A DNA stretch of 64,000 nt from Amoebophrya sp. A120 (lineage: Eukaryota > Protista > Dinoflagellata). Shown here piece by piece: positions 52,601-61,600 of this stretch. The position numbers and the translations under genes are program-made. Each line of letters opens with the position of its first letter. Position 1 is the first letter of the stretch. The stretch spans positions 2,881,074 through 2,945,073 of the forward strand of contig CAJINV010000002.1 in assembly GCA_905178155.1 (NCBI GenBank), written 5' to 3'. Under the pieces are notes generated by a model that was not told where the DNA came from, did not search any database, and saw only the letters and a program-made list of their open reading frames with translations.

Positions 52601-55600
52601 ATAATGAACAAGATGAGCGCGATCATGCTACCAAAGCGAAAAGGGACGTCGCCAGGGATGAAGACGAAGAAGTTATAAAAAAGTCTAAGTCCTCCTCGCG
52701 AGAAGAGGAACATGACCCGCGTAACATTGTTGATCTTGCGAAAAACAAGAAGAAGAAGTCGCCACATGATCTTCACAAAGGAGAGGACGACCGCGGAAGT
52801 AGAAGTACTACTACTAGCCGCAAAAAAATGATAAATGAAATAAAAGCCAAGCCCCCAGACGTGATCCTGCGCCCTGCCGCGCCGACCGAGCTAGACCACC
52901 AGTCTGAGTTCTCCTTCTCTGCTACCGCGTTGCTCGGAGATAGGGGAGGAGGAAAATCGAAATCTTTACAACAGGAACGTGCCGAGAGGACAGAGGAGGA
53001 AGAGAACATCGAGGAAACCGGGACTCGTGTTGGCTACACGCCCGCGCTGGCGGAGGCTACGCACCTGCTGTTCACGAGCCGGTCGGACGCGGCGCTGGAA
53101 ATGCGGTATGACAAAAACGAAAGTCTGCAGTGGCGGGACGAAATCTTGGCCTACGGCCGCGCCAACGTGCTGCGCGCCGACCCGGTGCTCGAGGCGATTC
53201 CCATCCAAAAAACCTACTTCACCACGGTGGGCTTCAGCGAGGGGCTGGATCAGCGGGCGGAGAACTTGCGGAACGTGACGTTGCAAAAGATTGTGGAGCG
53301 CACCGGAGACGACACGCAGCTGACGAACGATCCCTACCTGTTTTACTGTCCCGAGACGCTCGAGCTCTCCAAGACCGAGGAGGGAGTGCTGTACCTGATG
53401 CACTTTTTGCGGTCGGGCCGAACAGCTGTGGTCACTTCCGAAATGATGCAGCTGGCGAAGAACAGCACGACCAGTGGCAAAGAATCTTTTTCTACTGCGC
53501 AGCAGCGCGAGGCCGAAGCCATCGAAGGGCACTCGTCCTGGTGGGTCGGGCTTTATGCGGAACTCGCGCCGGCGGTGCAGGAAGAAGTGATGCGGGAGGC
53601 GCAGGACGAGCAGACGCGGCGGAGCCAGCGGCGGCTGATTCAGCACTGGCGCCACCCGTGTCTGGCCGACACGACCGCGCTGCCTTTCGACCTCAAGATG
53701 GGGGACCTCACTTTCATGCGCGAGAAGCTCGAGGGGCTATCAACTGCAAAAATGTCTGGGTCTGGAAGAATGCAAGTTTGTCATGCTTGTCTGGCATGAC
53801 TCGAGAATCTGTGTTGCACAGGCACGAAAAGGCCCGCTTACCTGTTATGCAAAAACGCAGTTTTCCATGCGGAATACGTAAGACATGGCAGACAAAAAAA
53901 TTGTCATGCGTAACTGCGTATTGCAGTGCGTCTATCATTCACTTTTAACATTACAAGTTTCCAGACCCAGACATATTTGCAATGCATAGGGGCTGCATCA
54001 GGACTATCATCTTGTGCGGTTTACGGAGGACTTGTTCCGCACCATCTCCAACCCTTTCCTGGGGTTTCGCGACGTGCATGAGAAAATCCTGGAGCGCGCG
54101 GTGGCGCATATCCTGTGTAAAAACGTCCCCACCCCAGAGTTGTCATGCAAATCTGCATGGTCACAATGTTTGCCATGCGGAGCCCCATGAGAAGCATTCT
54201 CTGATCGTGTTTTGCAATTTGTAATGCGCCAATCAGCATCAAATACTAGATCTGTGATGCTGCTGAACTACCTCAAACGGCACTACAATCCGAGTCCAAG
54301 TTTGTCATGCAAAACAGCCAAAACTTGTGGACTTGTCTAGCCGATTCCCCATCTTCATCTTGACTATGGGATGGTGACGTTTTTGCATAGGATAGCGCAC
54401 GAGCCTTCGTTTTGCACGACGAACCAGTACGAGCCGTCTGGGCGGGCACTGGGGCTGCTATCACAAGAAAAAAGAAGCGTTACACTTAGTGCACATTTGA
54501 ATTTGTTGGGGTTTCTGCATCACAAAGAAGTTGCTCGCCATGGCAAAGAAAACCTGTGATGCGCAGCCTACCAGGGAAACAAACACGAATGAAATGAGGC
54601 TGACAAGCATTTCCTGCATGACAGAGGTTGTCTGTCTTGCTTGTTTCGCAAGAACACAATGCGTAAAAACTGTAAGACTCTTTTCTCAGGATAGCTGCGC
54701 AGCCCGGTGTACTACTATGCATTGCAAAAGTATCGTACTCGTATAAGTGCATTACAAATTGCCTCAGCATGAGAAATAGAATTTGTAATGCTGATGTACC
54801 TTAAGAAAAAGATTTGTAATGCATGATTGCAATACGAGTACGATGCTTTTGCAGTGGACAACTACTTCGGCGAGTTCAAACTTTGGGAGTCCGACACGCC
54901 TCTAGAAGACGAGGTATCAAAATCAAAATCCACCCACGACCCCACATCAAAACGAAGTCTGTGATGCTGGATTTGCGTACACAAATCAGATCTGTCTTGC
55001 TGGAGAGGACTGCAGGCCCATAGTACCAAGCCTGAGTAGGTAGGTTTTAGACTAGGCTCTTAGCATGCGAAACGTCTGCGCTGTAGGACCAACAGCATCA
55101 CAAACCGCCTGCATATTAATGCAGCGGCTGTCTGTGGAGTTGCCTTCCTGCAAGACAGAGATGATTTGTGGTCGCAAATCAGCATTGCAAATTTTCTGCG
55201 ACGTTGTACCTTTTCGATATGGGGAGGGGGGATAATTTTTCCTCACAATACGACGAGGTGGTGGCTTTGAAGGAGCACCTGGCGGCCGACACGGCGGAAA
55301 ACTTATGATACTGCACAACTCCCCCACTTCCCCGGCATTTGTATGGCATGTTGATGAGAATAAGCATCACAACCACCAACACACATGGAGCCTGTGCATG
55401 ACAGGTTCACTCGCTGAGGGTAAGTTAGTAGTACTGTTGCGGCTTCCGCTTCGGGAATTTGTAATGCAAACGGTGCCACAGGTGGGCACCGACTGGATTT
55501 GGGGTCTTGCATTACAAATGAGAGAAAGCATGGGAAGATGAAGTGCATTGTCATAAAACACGGCCAAAGAACAGATGAGCCACGCCGTGCGGCCCAAGTA

Positions 55601-58600
55601 TCGGCGATTCGGCGGGTGCTCCGACCCGTTGGGCAGTCGGGTGAAAGGTACCGGAAATTGTCCACTGCTCTTTGATACAACTTTACCTCCGGGTACCTCC
55701 AGGCGGCCGCGGCCCAGGACTACGACTAGTCCAAATTTATCTCCAACAAGATCCGCGTCTCCTCGTCAGCGAGGAGGTCCTCGTCCTCCTGGTGGACGAG
55801 CTGCAGTACTAGACGAGCAGGAGTCGGGGACCACTTCTGACACCACGACCTCCGACATCACGAGGACCACCTCCGGCTTTTTGCAGAGCGAAGGACATCA
55901 TGTTCATGAAGAAGACGAAGACCCTAAGTCTTCCTCTTCTTTCGTCCAAAAATCCCATGACGGCTCCGACTCCGATCCGGTTCCTGGTGACGGCAAGGGG
56001 TATTCCAGGTATTGGTCAGAAGTGGGGAAAAAAGAAGGCATGTTCATGCGTGATGGAACTACTAGACCTGATAATTCTATGGATCTTTTCGATTCGCAAG
56101 CGGCGCGGCGCAAGGAGTATGATCCTGTGCAAAAGTATCGTACTCGTATTGCAATCATGCATTGCATATGTTTTTCTCAACTTAAATCCGCATATACAAG
56201 TTTTTATTTTATTTCTCATGCTGAGGGAATTTGTCATGCATTTATACGAGTACAACGATACTTTTGCAGTGCATAAGGAGGCAGCGGAGTTGATCTCCAT
56301 TGGTGAAGCTTTGCAGGATGACCACAACGCAAAAAACGGGAAAAACACTCCGCCCTTGCGGGACTTGGCAAAACCGCCCCGGACGCTGGAAGACAGTCTG
56401 CTGGCGCTGCATATGAAATGCAAAAATGTCTGGGTCTGGAAAGTTGGAACTTGTGATGCTAACTTTGGACTGTAAAAAAAGCTGTATTGCATGACCAGCA
56501 AGAGGAGCCACATTTGTGCTACGCGAGGAGGGCATTTGTCATGCGGAAATGGCATCAGGAAGCTTTCCAAAGATCTGTGATGCTGGGTCATGCATTACAA
56601 GCATCATGGGTCATGCCAGACAAGCATGACAAGCCTTCCATTCTTCCAGACCCAGACATTTTTACATTTGATACTGCAGCCAGAGAATCGACTCCGGTTT
56701 CTGCACTACACTAGGCTGGAGGAAAAGATCAGGCAAGGAAACGAGGACTTCACGCAACACGGGATGCACCTGTTCACGATCGAGACTTCGTATTGCGGAG
56801 AAAAATCCCTCCTCCCCACATTGAGAACGCATCCTTCTGAAGATTTGTGATGCAGATTTGTGACCACAAATCCCGTCTGTCTTGCAAGAGCGCAAATCTA
56901 GAGAGTCCGCCGCTCTCTACAGGCGATTTGTAATGCTGCCAGGCCTACAGGGCAGACGTCCGCCATGCTAAGGGCCCACACCAGAAGACCCCTGCCCAGC
57001 CTTAGCATCTGCGCGCCGTGCTCTACTGCAAGACAGATCCGGTTTGTGTACACAAATCCCGCATCACAGATTTTCGTTTCGATATGGGGAGGGGGGATTT
57101 TGCCTTTTGATAATTCGGGCATCGTGACCAGCGAGACAGGCCGGGAAGGTCCTCTGGTAGGAAGTACTACAACTTCTGGTACAAAACTGGGTTTTCTGCA
57201 CCAGCAGCCACTTTCCCCAGACGAAGATTCACGGTTAATTCGGCTTCACTTTCGGGAAAGCCGGAGTGCGCGGTCCGGCGACACCACCGGGTTCGTGACC
57301 AGTTCTTGGCGGAGTACTGCCAGCACCCCCGGCGCTACAGCTGCGACACAAGAAGAGGAAGACCTCGACTTTGCCAACATGCATGGCAGCATGAAGATCG
57401 TGGAGAAGCGCGTGCCGCACGTATCCTGTGTAAAAACGTCCCCACCCCAGAGTTGTCATGCTAATCTGCATGCTCAAAATGTGTGTCATGCGGAGACACA
57501 TGAGGAGCGTTTTTTGGTCGTGTTTTGGAGTTTGTAATGCGCTAATCAGCATGATATACTAGATCTGTGATGCTGCTGAAGTACCTCAAACAGCACTACA
57601 CTGCGATTCCAAACTTGTCATGCGAAACAGCCAAAACTCGTGGACTTCTCTAGGCGATTCCCCATCTTGACCGTAGGGTGGGGACGTTTTTACATAGGAT
57701 AGCACGTGGAGCTGCTTTATGAAGACCACGCCTCCCGCAATCGTGAGTTTGACAACCCGTTCCAGCAATGGGACGAGAAGAAGAGCGGGGAGAAGGAACA
57801 GCTGTACACGACACCCGGCGACTATGCAAGAAAGTCACTCTGTAAGTGTAACTCTGTAATGCAGACCATGCAACAGAGTTACACCTGTCATGCCAGACAA
57901 CCATGAAGTCCTCTCTTCATGTGTGTTTTCCCTTACAAGCCACGCATGACAGGTTTATTTCTCTGTCATGTAGAGCAAATTTGTGATGCTGTCAGCCAAG
58001 GAAAGTTACACTATTGACACAGTTTTTGTGTTGGATAGCGATGACGACACGGTTAAGGTTCGGGGGGAAAAAAGGAAGGAACGGCCTTACCGGCCCGTGA
58101 TTGCGATGACCGTGCCCGGAGCAGCAGTTGAGGCGGTAAATGAAAAGGAAACGGCTGAAGATGCTGACTCTAGTACTAGTACCAACAAAAAGGCTAAGCC
58201 TTATGTTGTCCCGAATCTAGTGGAAACGACGTACGAAATCCGGTACGAGCAGTTCCGAGATCGGAAATTTCGTGGGGACGATAAAAAACGGAGTAAAGTA
58301 GAGGATGAAGAAGCTTCTTCCCAGGATGTGTATCATATGAAAATTGAGGACGCAGACCAGGAGTACCTTGTAAGCCAAAACCCCGCGGACCTGGATGACA
58401 CCGAGAAAGTGCTGATGGGCGGCAATGGGGTGAAGTTTGTCATTGACGACGCCGAGTGTGGCGAGTGCGTCATGCTCCGCCCGGCGCACTTCAGCGCACA
58501 CTACGAGTACATGCGTTCGCCCATGTTTCACTCCCTGCTCATGCCAAAGGAGCTGCGGCTGGTCCAGAATCTGTTGGAAGAGATCCAGCTCTGTCGCGAG

Positions 58601-61600
58601 TACAAACTTATGAACTGCAGAAGTATCGTACTCGTATTAATGCGAGTCTACGTCTAGCATTACAGATCTGCTTATCCAGGAAAAAACACCCATCCCCATC
58701 CATTTTGCCTCTTTTTTATAGCAAAAAAATCACAAAAAAACAACAAAAAAATGAAAAAAACTGAAATCGTTTCTGCGTGATGGTTTCGAGTGCACCTACT
58801 TCACAACACTAGCTAGTGGCGTCCATGAGAAGCATCTTAACTAGAGGAATTTGACTTAGCCAGGTCTATCGCATTGGTCGGCCGACGTCGGAGTCGAGAT
58901 CCCAAAAAAGGCAACTCGCTGCGAGCCGCCTTGCGGGCCTTCGTCGGGGGCGATTTGGCTCGCGAATCTTATCGCGGGGCTTTTGGGGAGGCGTTGAACC
59001 TGATGCGGGAAGAGGTTTTTGCGGGGCAGCGAAAATCAGACGAAATCAAGCGCGCAGCTGGACTGGACTCAACAAACGAGGCGCTAGCAAATTGCGTAGG
59101 TTTTTGAACTTAGCGCCAATGGTATGGCGCATTATTCTCCTCGCAACTTGTGACAATTTTGATACTTTGGAGCCTTCACGCAGCAGATGCGCATACTTTA
59201 TCATCCGAGCAAACGGCGCGCCAGGACGCACGACCTAGCTCATGCGATTAGGCGCTCCTCCTATCGCGCCTCCTCCTACCGCGCCAAAACTTGTCTTGCT
59301 GCCCGGATGTCCCGAGCCTGGCTTTTTTTTGGATTTTTTTTTCCGACAAAAAAAGTCCGGCTTTTTGCAATTTCTTGTTTTTTCGTGGATGGGTGTTTTT
59401 GCCACGAGCTAACTACAAATACGGCACCACCCATCCACGATTTTTGGGGTCGAAACTTATTTCGCCCTTCTCCCGGTGCTACGTTCCAGATTTTCGCTGA
59501 AAAAATGAAGCAAAAGCGAGCACTTTTCTGAGCTGAATTCTCGGAGTCAGCCCGTGTTTAAAACACCCATCCACTTTTTTTGCTCGATGGCCCGAAAGTC
59601 ATGGCTTTGTGGATGGGTGTTTTTACCGCGAGCTATCTGCTAAATCGCCGACCACCCATCCACTCACTTTGTTCTAGAAAAGCGCACCTTTTTGCTGAAA
59701 AAAAAGCAGTTCGCTCGTGTTTCAAACACCCATCCACTCATTTCCGAAACGGATTTTTTTTTTGGATTTTTTTTCTGACAAAAAAAATCCAAGGTTTTGT
59801 CGTTTAGAATGGTGGCTCAACATCTGGCCAGGCAGGAGGGCTCCGACTCGGAGCCACGTGAGCCGCGAGAGAGGCAAGACAGAGGCCTCCTGCCGCTGCT
59901 TTCCATGATTGCTCATTCATCTTGGTCATCTTCCCCCAACATACCCACACAGGCCCGTCGCTACATTCGCATGTGGCGATGCGCTGGCACGGCGAAATGG
60001 CGACTGCACTTTGGGCAAAGAAGTACAGGCCTAGAGCGCTCCGAGCTCTGAAGCGGATCCGCAATAAGCCGCACGAGCAGCGGCTAAAGGTCGCGCAGCA
60101 TGAGACTCCGGAGGGTGAAGCAGATTGCCTGGCGCTGGAGGAATCGGGCGCACGTTACGAGGACACCATCCCCGACGTGCTCGCGACGACAGCCGGCGCG
60201 GGCAGGATCTCCGACTCGTCAGCCGGTGCGGGCTCCTGCGATAGATCTAGCTAGTTGAATTCTTATCAGCTGCACTTATCTAGGACGCCGCTTTAGCTAG
60301 GTGAATTTAGCGCGGATATATGCCGGCAGGCATGCGTAACAGACCTGAAAACTTTTTGAAAATTATACCTCATTTCTTGATCAAAAAAAAGGCAAAATGG
60401 ATGGGGATGGGTGTTTTTTCCTGGATACTGCTTTCTTACCTGAAACTGCATGACAAATTTCATTTTTCTCCTAGGAAAAAATTGTCATGCAATTACTATC
60501 TATTATATTCATGCGAAAAAAGAGGTAGACAGAGGGTAAACAAGAGGTGGCCGAGAGGTCAAAAAGAGGTCAAAAGAGGTAAAAAAGAGGTCGAAAGAGG
60601 TGGAGAGGTTGCGGGGGACCCCATTCGAGAGGGCCGGCGAGAGGGTGCGCGAGTATAGCCCGCCGAAGCTCTCACCCTAAGGCGCCGCCTAAGTGCCTGA
60701 GAGGGCGCAGAGAGGTCAAAAAGAAGGGGCGCGAGAGGTCGACAGAGGTGGAGAGCGGTGGCGCGAATAAGGGGCGACCTCTCGCGGACCCTCTTGGCCA
60801 CCTCTCGGCCACCTCTGTCGACCTCTACCCGCGAGTATAGCCGGTTTATTAGCGGGGACCCCCAAAAGAGGTCAAAAAGAGGGTCTGCGGGAGGTCTGCG
60901 AGAGGGTAAAAGCACACCCAAGCGGGCGCGAATCCGCATGGCGCTCCCTATATTTGGCATTGCAGGCCATTTGCGGACTTGTTTTGTTCGGCGCCTTTCC
61001 GCGCCACCCTCACTCTCGCGCACCCTCTCGCGCCACCCTCTCGCGCACCCTCTCGCGCCACCCTCTCGCGCAACCCTCTCGCGCCACCCTCCCGCGCCAC
61101 CCTCTCGCGCTACCCTCTCGCGCTACCCTCTCGCGCCGGGCGGCTTCTGTTCGCTCGCCCCCCGGTGTTCTTTGCAGCTGCTCCCTGCGCAGAGCGCCCA
61201 CAGGCGCGGGAAGCGCGCAAGTGGTCCTGCGAGTTGGCGCGGCGCGAGCTCCAGTATGTTTCGTTGTGCAGGACAGACTCCAGTATGTTTCGTTGTGCAC
61301 AGGCCCGTGGCGTTGTGGTCCGATCGGCAAACTGTCTTGCCCCGGCCCAACAGCCTTGCGCTCCGGCGGCAGCCGGAGCATGGCTGGTTCATACTAGTAC
61401 GATACTTTTGCATTGCATAAACCTCCTAAAAGAGCAAAAATTCCTCTCCCCGAGCGAACACGAAACTTTTTTTGTCGAAGAGAAAAGTGGTTCTTCTACA
61501 AGAACGCCTTTCGGAGAAGATGAAGAAGAAGAAGAAGAAGACGAGCAGCCGTCTGAGCAGGACCACCTAAATGAGGTGGTCAGCAGGAACAGCAAGAACG

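Larger units (their letters stand above)
58609..61419. mobile_element. Introner IE95, family D, enlarged to 2,811 bp by two nested insertions
   Basis: tatgaactgcagaagtatcgtac ... gtacgatacttttgcattgcata; TSD aaact/aacct; removal joins CREYK/LLKEQKF in frame. Confidence 0.85.

Noticed and set aside
59922-60254. LWAKKYRP resembles the replication factor C N-terminal motif
   Set aside because: No Walker A or other AAA+ motif follows; short ORF inside a transposon, probably chance.
60559-61420. Long overlapping ORFs (60758, 60954 and the N-terminal part of 60979)
   Set aside because: They run through GC-rich Helitron minisatellites that lack stops by composition; only the part of ORF 60979 after ~61420 is exon.
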